Shown: positions 1 through 9,250, numbered from the stretch's first letter. The stretch: 21,554 nt of DNA from an uncultured archaeon (GCA_964493715.1 CAZBPC010000059.1:1-21554), one strand, 5' to 3'. Program-made: numbers and translations. The notes: generated by a model from the sequence alone, not told the origin.

Positions 1-216
1 AGATGCCATAATTAAATGAAGACTCAAGGTAGATGGTTGATCTAATGAATTCTCCGTTTCGATATCTTTTAATAATGAGAATGCAGCATTATAATCACCT
101 TCATTGATCAAAGATTCTATTTTAATCAGTTCATCAGGTTTTCGTTGTGGGATCAAGATTTCCCTTAATTTAGTATAAATTATATTTCCAATCCAGTCTT
201 TTTTTTCTTCACTCAT
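1..216 (-). CDS. 5' part of a helical, probably TPR-repeat protein (runs off the window start)
   Basis: ATG at 216-214 opens a frame with no stop to base 1: MSEEKKDWIGNIIYTKLREILIPQRKPDELIKIESLINEGDYNAAFSLLKDIETENSLDQPSTLSLHLIMAS. GDYNAAFSLL resembles a TPR helix. Confidence 0.55.
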   Translation of the reverse strand, partial: MSEEKKDWIGNIIYTKLREILIPQRKPDELIKIESLINEGDYNAAFSLLKDIETENSLDQPSTLSLHLIMAS

Positions 217-892
217 TTAAATCATAATATATATTCAATACGTATTTGACAAATTCAATTTTCTTATCATAAATGCCTCATATAATTTTTATATATTTAA
301 CGTTTATAAAACTATTCTGAACAGCTTTCAGTATGATAGGAATAAATAATTTTATTATTTTAGAAGAAAAAGATTTTTTGATCCTTTGATTCATTATAGA
401 AAAAATAATAAATTAATATTATAAATTTTTATCCAATCAAATTCAGAGGTCTTTATCTTAAATCTCAATCTTCTTTTCGCTCACACTAGTTCATTCTTTC
501 CCAAATGAGAAGTTCCTCCTGCTTTGGAAATTCAATAAAAAATTTAAATTGTACTTTTTTTTCTTCAAATTCTCTCACTAATTTCATCTATCTCTCTCAT
601 AATGCTCACGTTCATTAAGGATTATAAAGATTATAATCTTTAGTCTCAATCAATTCCATTAAAAGAGTGTTTATCTATGCTAATAAGTTTAACACGTACA
701 TTACTCATTACCTTTTTGAATAAACGTAAAACTTCCTCTATATATGTCTACGCCAAAGGGACTATTAATAAAAGCCCTATCCCCAATAAATTTAACCCAA
801 CTTAAACTACTTATGGATCATTTGATATTTCAACCTTAATTAATAGGTTCAACTCTACTCGCACAAAGAAATCCGATAGGTGGCAACATAAT

Positions 893-1144
893 ATGATTCA
901 AGATTTGGCTGAATATGATACCATCAAGTATGAATTTAAAGCCAATTTGAAATGGTTTGAAGAAGAATTCGATGAATTATTTTTTCCGAAGGTTTATCAT
1001 TTATCATCAATGGATATTAAGTTAGCAAATGAAATTTTAGATTTCATTTCACAAATGATAAACGAGTATCGTGACGAAGAGCTTCTTTTTGAATTAGTAG
1101 TAACTTTGAATAACATTGAGCGTAAACATCCAAATCTTATTTAA
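893..1144 (+). CDS. Small acidic helical hypothetical protein (83 aa)
   Basis: ORF track; protein-like composition; GGTGG upstream; no recognised motif. Confidence 0.6.
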   Translation: MIQDLAEYDTIKYEFKANLKWFEEEFDELFFPKVYHLSSMDIKLANEILDFISQMINEYRDEELLFELVVTLNNIERKHPNLI

Positions 1145-1179
1145 CTCTTATACAACGCTCATTTGCATTAATGAACATC

Positions 1180-1262
1180 CTATATAAACAGTTGTTCCAA
1201 AAAAGGAGCTCTAATGGAATCAAGTTTAAAGATTGTATTATCATAAATTTGGAGTTTTTTTC
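1180..1262 (-). pseudogene. Remnant of a small GTPase C-terminus (second copy)
   Basis: Translates KKLQIYDNTIFKLDSIRAPFLEQLFI*. 1190-1251 matches 1849-1910 at 55/62 nt (hand count). Confidence 0.6.
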
Positions 1263-1320
1263 CGTAGCTACTTACCTCAATTCTCTATGCCTATAAAACT
1301 GATTTCCATAGGTAAATCAT

Positions 1321-1575
1321 TTAAGGGATGTTCATGGGAGGACGAATATTAGAAACCACACTAAGCACAATACTCGCAATAACTATCGCAGATATACAGT
1401 ATAGGATCATAATAAGTATAGAGTAAATCTTTAATTGTCTAATATTCTCGAGCGAGATTTTTGCTCCGCAATAGGGACAATTGGAGGGAATTTCCCCAAC
1501 TAGCCAATCAATATTCCATCCTTTCGCTATACGACGAATCTTTCTTCCGCAGTTATCACATCTCGGTCTTGCCAT
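1321..1575 (-). CDS. Small zinc-ribbon membrane protein
   Basis: CDNC and CPYC pairs followed by a long hydrophobic C-terminal segment. Confidence 0.7.
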   Translation of the reverse strand: MARPRCDNCGRKIRRIAKGWNIDWLVGEIPSNCPYCGAKISLENIRQLKIYSILIMILYCISAIVIASIVLSVVSNIRPPMNIP

Positions 1576-1844
1576 AAGATCAATTTGTATAATTTTTGTA
1601 ATTTTGACAAAGAAATATTAGAAAATTTAATATATAACTTTTATCCTCAGCATCTGAGATAAGGACTTGAGCATATGAGCTTGAGTTTCATGGAAGCTTC
1701 AAGATCTAATACGTCAGAGATATTAGTTGTAATAACGAATTTAACATTAGTTTCACCAGTTTTAATAAGATCGAGAAGAACAATCCCGCTCTTTTTTAGA
1801 TCCTTTAAACAAGTAGTTTGGGCAATTTGAACATTAACTTATGT

Positions 1845-2122
1845 TTATAGTTGTTCTATAAAAGGAGCCCTAATGCTATCAAGTTTAAAGATGGTAGTAT
1901 CATAAATTTGTATTTTTATCTCGTGGGTACTTATTGTTGGCTCAATACGTTCTAAAGAATCCTTTTTCAGGTTCTTTTGAAGAAGGTCAAAATTGGGATC
2001 CATTTTATGAAAAAGAAAGATTAATTTAGCATTTGGACTATGACTTTTAATTAAATTAAATAATTCTGTAAAATACATGACTGAAGGAAATATTCTATAG
2101 GGATCCTGAACGTCAACAACAC
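1845..2122 (-). pseudogene. Truncated Rag/Gtr-like (Arf/Rag-type) small GTPase fragment
   Basis: Frame reads VVDVQDPYRIFPSVMYF...LIFLFHKMDP (G4 HKMD)...YDTTIF (G5-like). An in-frame TAA lies just upstream, so G1-G3 are missing. Confidence 0.65.
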
Positions 2123-2332
2123 AGCTCGCTATTTAAACAGTTGATTTTAATTGTAGATCTTGTATTTATGATATTTCCTTTATAATCTTGTTCTGGATTG
2201 TATAAAAAGAAATAAAAATCCTTTTAGTTATTTCCAAGATATAATTTACAAAATAATCTAAAATGATTTGAATCGTTTTTAATTTAAATATAAACAAATA
2301 AAAGATATTATAAAAAAGATAATAGATAAAAA

Positions 2333-3472
2333 TTAGGTTTTTTCTAACTCCATTTGACTAATGGCACGACCTGATCTAAAAGGAATGTCGTCCATGCTAT
2401 CTCCCGAAGCATACCCAAATTTCTCTTTAAATGCATCGTTTAATGATTGGAAGTATAGTGAAAGCGGTAAGTGTTGAGGACAGTTATTATCGCAATTTCC
2501 ACATTCGACGCAACGATCTGCTACGTGTGCAATGCGTGTTAGCTGGTACGTCTCTTTATTTATGGACTTTTCTTTACGCTTCTTCTGCACAATGCAATCT
2601 ACACAATAACAAACCGGACAACCTCTAATGCATGTATTACACATAGTACACGCTTGAAGTTTATCGATCTTTTCTGCTTGAGGTAATTTGTCCCATTCTT
2701 CTAGATCTTTTACTCTTTTTGCAAGTGCATTTTCTTTAATCTCTTTAATCTTATCCGAGAGTTTTGTCTTGAGATCACCTGAAAGTGGTTTCTTATCGAT
2801 CTTCGATCTTTCAACAAGTTCATTACCTTTATCAGAATAGACTTTTAAAATAATTTCATCCGAATCGATTGACATTGTTAATTCATTGAGACCTAAATCC
2901 GCAACAACAGGGATTTTACGAGTGCACCTACTGCAATTTTCAGCAATATCTAATGCTACATCAATAACACTTCCATCCTCCATTTTAAACATTAATCCCT
3001 TATCACCGATTTTTTCTCTAACAATTTTAGTCTTATCGATGTCTGGGAAATTTCTCATCTCTCGAGATACGTTAATAATCATTCCTCTATCTTCAAAAGC
3101 GATAATAAATAAATTCTCTAAACTAATTTGCTTTATTTTAGCAAGCTCAATTATAGCTCTGGTATCGCAAGGACGTGCAATAAGTCCGATTTTTTCATGT
3201 AAGGCCCCTTGTAGTGTTTTATGAAGGTATTTTGCTGCTGAATCAGTTCTTGCATATCCATAAGCTAACAAATTTGTTAGTGGAAATGAAGTTATATCCT
3301 CTACCTTTTCATATACTATGGGCTGAACGGTAAATCGATCTTCCACATTAGTTTTTTTATCGATTTTTGTCTCTGCTCCCAAAATCTTGTCTACAACTTT
3401 CTCTTTAAGGAGAGTTTGCAAGAGTTTTGGAAAGTCATCAATTTTAATTAGATATTCTGCAATTGAATCCAT
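2333..3472 (-). CDS. FdhB/FrhB-family F420-oxidoreductase beta-like subunit with C-terminal 2x[4Fe-4S]
   Basis: KIGLIARPCDTRAIIEL, NCSRC, CTMCNTCIRGCPVCYCVDC and CVECGNCDNNCP are typical of FdhB-like proteins. Confidence 0.85.
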   Translation of the reverse strand: MDSIAEYLIKIDDFPKLLQTLLKEKVVDKILGAETKIDKKTNVEDRFTVQPIVYEKVEDITSFPLTNLLAYGYARTDSAAKYLHKTLQGALHEKIGLIARPCDTRAIIELAKIKQISLENLFIIAFEDRGMIINVSREMRNFPDIDKTKIVREKIGDKGLMFKMEDGSVIDVALDIAENCSRCTRKIPVVADLGLNELTMSIDSDEIILKVYSDKGNELVERSKIDKKPLSGDLKTKLSDKIKEIKENALAKRVKDLEEWDKLPQAEKIDKLQACTMCNTCIRGCPVCYCVDCIVQKKRKEKSINKETYQLTRIAHVADRCVECGNCDNNCPQHLPLSLYFQSLNDAFKEKFGYASGDSMDDIPFRSGRAISQMELEKT

Positions 3473-3602
3473 GTATTTCCATCTCAGAGTTATTAAATTA
3501 TATTATACTTTTTTTAGTAATTTTCATAAACACTTATTTTTTATTCTTATGTTTTAAAATTTTATACTTTAAGGTAATATAAAACCTATGTGTTGTATGG
3601 TG

Positions 3603-3660
3603 CATGCCATTTCTTCGACCGAGTTCTCATTTTTTTAACTCGGTTTCATTAGATAACACG
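3603..3660 (-). promoter_or_regulatory. Eukaryote-like SECIS element 3' of mvhD
   Basis: Minus-strand RNA CGUGUUAU-CUA-AUGAA-ACCGAGUU-AAAAAAAUGAG-AACUCGGU-CGAA-GAA-AUGGCAUG. It has helix I, an AUGA/GA core, a perfect 8-bp helix II and an A-rich apical loop, directly downstream of UGA-containing genes. Confidence 0.88.
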
Positions 3661-3668
3661 TTAATTAT

Positions 3669-4142
3669 TCACGTTTTGGCTTTTTTCTTTGTGTCGCCCT
3701 TAGATCTTAAGGGACTTGGGCCTAATTCTCGTATGACTTTATCAAATGCAGTAGCCTCTTGTTGGAACTTTTGGCCTTCTGCTGCGGTGCACCATCCCAT
3801 ATGAATTCGATTTTCACTAATACCCATTGATCTGAGTACTTCTTTTACATACTCAACTTCCCGGTATGCAAAATAATTCCCAGTTTCATAATCGCATTCT
3901 TTTGGATATCATCCAATAATCATGACACCATCAGCTCCTCGCCCAAACGACCTCATTATTAGATCGGATCCCACTCTTCCTGAACATGGTACGAGTACGG
4001 TCCTAATTGAAGAGGGATATTGAGCTCGAATAGTTCCTGCCATATCTGCACTGCCATATCCTCATTTTTGTGTGACTTTCGTATTAAAAGCCTCATTCCA
4101 ACAGAGGAAGGCAATTATTTTTATATCAATATCTTCTATCAT
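3669..4142 (-). CDS. mvhD: MvhD/VhuD [2Fe-2S] hydrogenase delta subunit, selenoprotein (UGA at 4062-4064 and 3909-3911)
   Basis: MIEDIDIKIIAFLC...U27GYGSADMAGTIRAQYPSSIRTVLVPCSGRVGSDLIMRSFGRGADGVMIIGU78YPKECDYETGN...WCTAAEGQKFQ...ELGPSPL. Both UGAs are at conserved Cys positions. GAGG upstream of the ATG. Confidence 0.92.
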
Positions 4143-4155
4143 TTTATTTACCTCT

Positions 4156-6123
4156 TTACTCTTCTATAGGAAGTAATTCATCAATTAATGCCATGTATTG
4201 GACATCCCTAAAGTACGTCAGTTCGATTGCTTGTGATGGACAGATAGCGGCACACGTACCACAACCTCGACATTTAATTAAATCCACGACGATATTTCCA
4301 TTTTCATTGATTGAGATTGCACTATATGGACATGCTTCGATGCATTTATAACATTTAGCACATCGCTCATCAGAGGGGGTAGCTCGAATTAATTCCATGG
4401 TGTATTTACCTTTACCCATTGGAATACCTGCAGCTGATGCTGCACCTCGAGCTTGTCCGACAGCGTACGCAATTCCTTTTTGTCCTTGACATGAACCTGC
4501 GAGATATATTCCTGGAACTTTAGTGCTAATCGGATCTAATCTAGGATGGTATTCCTTGAGAAACCCATCAGGACTTTTTTCCATATTTAACACTTGTGCA
4601 ATTTCATTAGTACCTTGAGACGGAAGGGATGCTGATGAGAGAATCACCATGTGATATTCTTGTTGCACCACTGTATCAGCTCCAACGATTTCCATTTGAA
4701 CTTTTAGATTTTTCGTTAAAGGATCTTCTTCAATTTTTCCTACAAGTCCTTTAGTGAAAATGATTCCAGCATCTCGAGCTCTCCTGTAGTATTCCTCGTA
4801 ATCTTTTCCGCAATTCCTCATATCTATATAAGATACCATGATCTGGGTTTCAGGATGTTCAGATATTATTAGCTTAGAATTTTTTACTGATAAATTACAA
4901 CAAACTACTGAACAATATGGATTAGTCTTCACATCACGAGATCCAACGCAATTAATGAACAATATTTTTGTAGGTCGTTTTTTATCAGATGGTCTAATTA
5001 GATGACCATAGGTTGGTCCATTAGGCGCTAAAATTCTTTCAAGCTGAATTTGTGTCAGGACATTTTCGAACTTGCCATATCCATAATCAGGTCCCTGGTA
5101 GATATCCCAACCAGTAGCTACTATGATTGTGCCCACATCAAGTTCCACAATCTCATCTTGCATGCTAAAATCTATTGATTCTTGATCACATGCATCTACA
5201 CATCCGAAGCATTCGACACAGGAATCTCTTACGATATCATAGATTGCGGGTACTGCTTGAGCGAATGCAATATCAATGACCTTACGAGCCGAAAGATTCT
5301 CGTCAAAGAAGTTTGGGACATAAATCGGACAAGCATCAGTGCATTGTCCACACCCAGTGCACGTTTTTTCACTTACAAATCGTGCTTTTCTTCTCACTTT
5401 TACTTTGAAATTGCCAATATAACCATCAATAGAATCAACTTCTGAATATGTCATTAAATTGATTTTTGAGTGTCTATTGGCTTCAAGCATCTTTGGCCCA
5501 AGTATTCAAATGCTGCAATCATCGGTAGGAAATGTTCGATCTAACTGGCTCATCCTTCCTCCTATCGTGCTCTTTTTCTCCACTAAATAAACTTGATAAC
5601 CAGCATCACCTAGATCGATAGCAGTACTTAGTCCCGCAATTCCTCCTCCAACCACTAAAGCGGCTTTTGTGACTGGAACTGTTTTTGTAGGCACGTCTTC
5701 CAATAATCTTGCTCGTGCTATTCCTGCTCTAATTAGATCAATAGCTTTCAGGAGTGCTTTATCTCGCTCACCTTGATGCACAAATGAACAATGTTCTCTA
5801 ATGTTTACAAACTCTAAATATCGTGGAGGTAAACCTGCTTCAGCTAAAATTGCATGAAAGACGGGTTGATGCGTCTTTGGGGTGCACGCTGCAACCACGA
5901 TTCGATCCAATTTGGCTTCTATGATTTGTTCTTTTATGTAGGTAGATCCCCCTTCAGTACACATCGATAAATATTCGAATGCTTTGACGCCGGGATACGT
6001 ATTAAGTACTTCAACGATTTTAGGAACATCCAAAATACCAGCGATATTGATACCTCAGCGACACACGAAAACGCCAACGATAGATAATTCGTTTTTTAAA
6101 TCTTTGGTCTGTTTTCCAGACAA
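4156..6123 (-). CDS. hdrA: Heterodisulfide reductase subunit A, selenoprotein (UGA at 6055-6057 and 5506-5508), 655 aa
   Basis: One frame from TTG 6123 (AAGGTG upstream): VGVFVCRU23GINIAGILDV...GGGIAG...FPTDDCSIU206ILGPKM...CVGSRD...YCSVVCC...C-terminal ferredoxin. It joins track ORFs 5506-6033 and 4156-5490. Confidence 0.93.
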
Positions 6124-6585
6124 ATTTTACACCTTGACTGTTAAATCCTCCTAATTATTTGAGATTTTTTAATATTGTTTTATCTCATTAATAGTAAAAT
6201 CTTACAATTAATTTATTGATCTCTTAAATTAAGCTTTTTATTAAAGTTCAATTGTTATGATGATTGTGTTTTAAAATCTGATTAAATGAGAATTATTGAA
6301 AAAATTATATTCATAAATAATAAGGTAATAAAAAAAATTATTTATAAACGTGAATTCAAAATATGGAATGTTGATGAAAAAATACTATTTCCTCATAAAT
6401 TGAATTCTTTACATCGTTCCGATATTGGTAATTTAACAACCTCATAGACCCAAGTAAACAAAAATCTAATTGAAAGATGAAATTATGCGATTATCTTATT
6501 CTGAAAATAATAATATAATCATTGAAGTTTTTTTTTATAATCAAAAACAATTTCACTGTTAGATAATTTTTTTACGTGAATACAA

Positions 6586-7395
6586 ATGGATTTAACTGAC
6601 GAACAAATTAATAGGTATTCACGGCAGATTATACTAAAAGAAGTTGGTGGAATCGGGCAAAAGAAGTTGCTAGATTCGAAAATTTCATTGGTTGGATTAG
6701 GAGCTCTCGGATCGTCAACTGCTTACTATTTAGCTGCTGCGGGTATAGGAACATTACAGATAATTGATTTTGATACTGTAGAAATCTCAAATTTGCATAG
6801 GCAAATACTTCATTTTACAAAGGATATTAACAGTAAAAAAACTACTAGTGCTGCAGATAAGCTAAGCTCGTTGAATCCAGATTGTACTATTGAAATTGTT
6901 AACGATCATATTACTCCTAAAAATTCTAAAGTTTTACTTAAGGATTCTGACTTTGTTATTGAAGGATCTGATAACCTTCCAACCAAAATGCTCGTAAACG
7001 ATACATGCATTAATTTAAAAATTCCATTTACGATTGCTGGTGTATTGAGATTTCACGGACAAATTATGACTGTTGTTCCAGAAAATATGACTTCATGTTA
7101 TAGGTGCGTGTTCGGTGATATTACCGAGGGGGATTCAAGTATGTCGTGTTCTCAAGCGGGAGTAATTGGTTTCGTTCCTGGAGTTTTAGGTTGCTTGGAA
7201 GCCAATGAAGCGCTAAAATACATATTAAATATAGGCGAATTATTAACAAATAAGATAATGTACGTGGATCTTTTAAAAAACAGATTTGATTTTATTGAAG
7301 TACACAGAAATAATAAATGTATAGCTTGTGGGGATGATGCCAAGGATTTAGTTGGAGAAGTGAATTATGGGGGTTTGAATTCTTGCTATGAGTAG
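6586..7395 (+). CDS. moeB: MoeB/ThiF/UbaA-family E1-like adenylyltransferase
   Basis: RYSRQI, GLGALGS, DFDTVEISNLHRQ, Zn motifs CYRC and CIAC, catalytic SCSQAG. Confidence 0.92.
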   Translation: MDLTDEQINRYSRQIILKEVGGIGQKKLLDSKISLVGLGALGSSTAYYLAAAGIGTLQIIDFDTVEISNLHRQILHFTKDINSKKTTSAADKLSSLNPDCTIEIVNDHITPKNSKVLLKDSDFVIEGSDNLPTKMLVNDTCINLKIPFTIAGVLRFHGQIMTVVPENMTSCYRCVFGDITEGDSSMSCSQAGVIGFVPGVLGCLEANEALKYILNIGELLTNKIMYVDLLKNRFDFIEVHRNNKCIACGDDAKDLVGEVNYGGLNSCYE

Positions 7396-7651
7396 TATAG
7401 GTGAACCAAATTATAAAGGTAGCATTCATTTAGATATTCGAGGTAAAACTTGTCCATTAACCTTTGTATATACAAAATTAGCACTCGAGGAACTGCCGAA
7501 AGGTAAGATTTTAGAAGTTTATTTAGATTTTCCTGCAGCTCTTAAGAATATTCCCGAAAGTTGTAAAACACAAAATATTGCTGAATTATTAGAGATAAAG
7601 GAACTTCATTCTGATAAACCAGAATGGATAATGCTATTGAAAAAAATGTGA
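7388..7651 (+). CDS. tusA: TusA/SirA-family sulfurtransferase
   Basis: LDIRGKTCPLTFVYTKLALEEL...GKILEVYLD; overlaps the moeB stop. Confidence 0.88.
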   Translation: MSSIGEPNYKGSIHLDIRGKTCPLTFVYTKLALEELPKGKILEVYLDFPAALKNIPESCKTQNIAELLEIKELHSDKPEWIMLLKKM

Positions 7652-7702
7652 ATGGGTGAGGCTATTTCTTGGATGATGTTAATGATGATCCCCAAATTTT
7701 CT

Positions 7703-7990
7703 TTATCCTCCAGCTATTGCAGGTAATATCATAATCTCATCGTGATGGTTGACAATTGTATCTAAATTTTCAAGAGTTCGTATGTCTTTACCGTTTAAAC
7801 CTAATACTATATATTTACTTATAGAATCCGGTGAATCAAAAATCTTTGTTTCGAAGTCCATTCCAAATTTAGAATTAAGTATTTTTAAAATCTCTTTAAT
7901 TGAAGATTTGTCTTTAACTGTTAAATTTAATTCTTTAATTTTTGTAATATCTGCTAATAACGATAAAAAATATATTTTTATATCCATCAT
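7703..7990 (-). CDS. moaD: MoaD/ThiS/SAMP ubiquitin-like sulfur carrier
   Basis: Beta-grasp pattern LNGKDI...DEIMILPAIAGG with a C-terminal Gly-Gly. Confidence 0.9.
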   Translation of the reverse strand: MMDIKIYFLSLLADITKIKELNLTVKDKSSIKEILKILNSKFGMDFETKIFDSPDSISKYIVLGLNGKDIRTLENLDTIVNHHDEIMILPAIAGG

Positions 7991-8121
7991 TTGGAATGTG
8001 TTAGGTTTTTTAGGAATATCAATATTATATTCAAAACATAAAAAAATTAAAAGAAATTAACTATTTTGGTTATAAATTCTCAATTATAAAAACTTAATTC
8101 TAATATCAAATAATCTTGTAG

Positions 8122-9084
8122 GTGCTTTTAATTAGAAAAGATAAATTACTGATTGGGCATCTTTCTACAGCTTACCATGCAAATTTCATATTAATGGGAA
8201 ATAAGGATCTAAATGATGATTTTAATATGAGGATTAGATGGAAATTGTTTGGTACCGGACCATCGATGATCAAGGCATTTCAAAACAAGAAGTTAGATAT
8301 TGGTTATATGGGATTACCCCCAGCTATTATAGGAATAGATAAAGGAGTTCCTATTAAATGTGTTGCTGGTGGTCATGTAGAAGGCACTATAATGGTAGCT
8401 CACAAAGAACTTAAAACAATGGATCAACTTAATAACAATCTCTCTGATGTTTTTTCTCAATTTAAGGGACATGCTGTTGGAGTTCCAAGTAAAGGATCAA
8501 TCCATGATGTAATACTAAATTTCTATTTAAAAAAATTCAAACTATTAGACGATGTTGAAGTAAAACATTATAAACAAGCAGAATTTATAGCTTTAGATAT
8601 GCAAAAGAGAATTTTAGAAGGAGGAGTTGGTACTCCAGCTTTAGCGGTTTTTTCTTCAACAATTTTTGATTCACATTTGATAATTCCTCCAGAATTTTTA
8701 TGGAAGGATAACCCAAGCTATGGAATCTTCTTTCATGAAGATGTTATAGACAAAGAGCCCGAAATAATCTTGAAGTTTTTAAATTATAATAAAGATGCTT
8801 CTTTAATGCTTAGAAAATCTCCTGCCAAGGCAGCTAAAATAATATCAACCACTTTTGGGATTTTAACTGAAAGATATGTTTCAGAAGTCCTAAAAATTTC
8901 ACCTAAATATTGTATAGCTCTTTCAGATGGATATGTAAAATCATCAATGGAATTCGTTAGTATACTTAAAGACTTAGGCTATATTAAAAATGATTTTAGA
9001 ATTAATGATATTTTTGATTTTAAATTTATAGAAAAAGTGCATCCTGAAACAGAACACTATTCTAAACAGGAAACCCACTATTAA
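8122..9084 (+). CDS. SsuA/NMT1/Thi5-like substrate-binding-fold protein, no signal peptide
   Basis: FGTGPSMIKAF...LDIGYMGLPPAI, VGVPSKGSIHDVIL; no hydrophobic N-terminus. Confidence 0.8.
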   Translation: MLLIRKDKLLIGHLSTAYHANFILMGNKDLNDDFNMRIRWKLFGTGPSMIKAFQNKKLDIGYMGLPPAIIGIDKGVPIKCVAGGHVEGTIMVAHKELKTMDQLNNNLSDVFSQFKGHAVGVPSKGSIHDVILNFYLKKFKLLDDVEVKHYKQAEFIALDMQKRILEGGVGTPALAVFSSTIFDSHLIIPPEFLWKDNPSYGIFFHEDVIDKEPEIILKFLNYNKDASLMLRKSPAKAAKIISTTFGILTERYVSEVLKISPKYCIALSDGYVKSSMEFVSILKDLGYIKNDFRINDIFDFKFIEKVHPETEHYSKQETHY

Positions 9085-9250
9085 TTATGAATATTTCTCT
9101 AGCTAATATCAAAATACCTTCTGAATCCCTCAGTTTATAAGATATAACCTTTAATATCTGATTATATATGATTTTTGAGAGAAATAAAATTCATATTAAA
9201 TTTCTGCATAATATTCATATTTCAAGTAATTTTCCATCTTATGAAAGACA

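Noticed and set aside
486-587. 33-aa minus-strand ORF MKLVREFEEKKVQFKFFIEFPKQEELLIWERMN
   Set aside because: Too short with no motif; may be a gene remnant but cannot be supported.
4061-4097. The mvhD insert as a second SECIS, hammerhead ribozyme or simple insertion with target-site duplication
   Set aside because: The AUGA..UGA register gives a poor helix II. There is no CUGAnGA core. Deleting one 31-nt repeat unit breaks the frame.
4156-6123. hdrA as a split gene or pseudogene (two track ORFs)
   Set aside because: All interruptions are in-frame TGA at conserved Cys positions and a SECIS is present.
7649-7651. TGA at the end of tusA as Sec
   Set aside because: It falls at the normal C-terminus, not at a Cys position, and no SECIS is evident.
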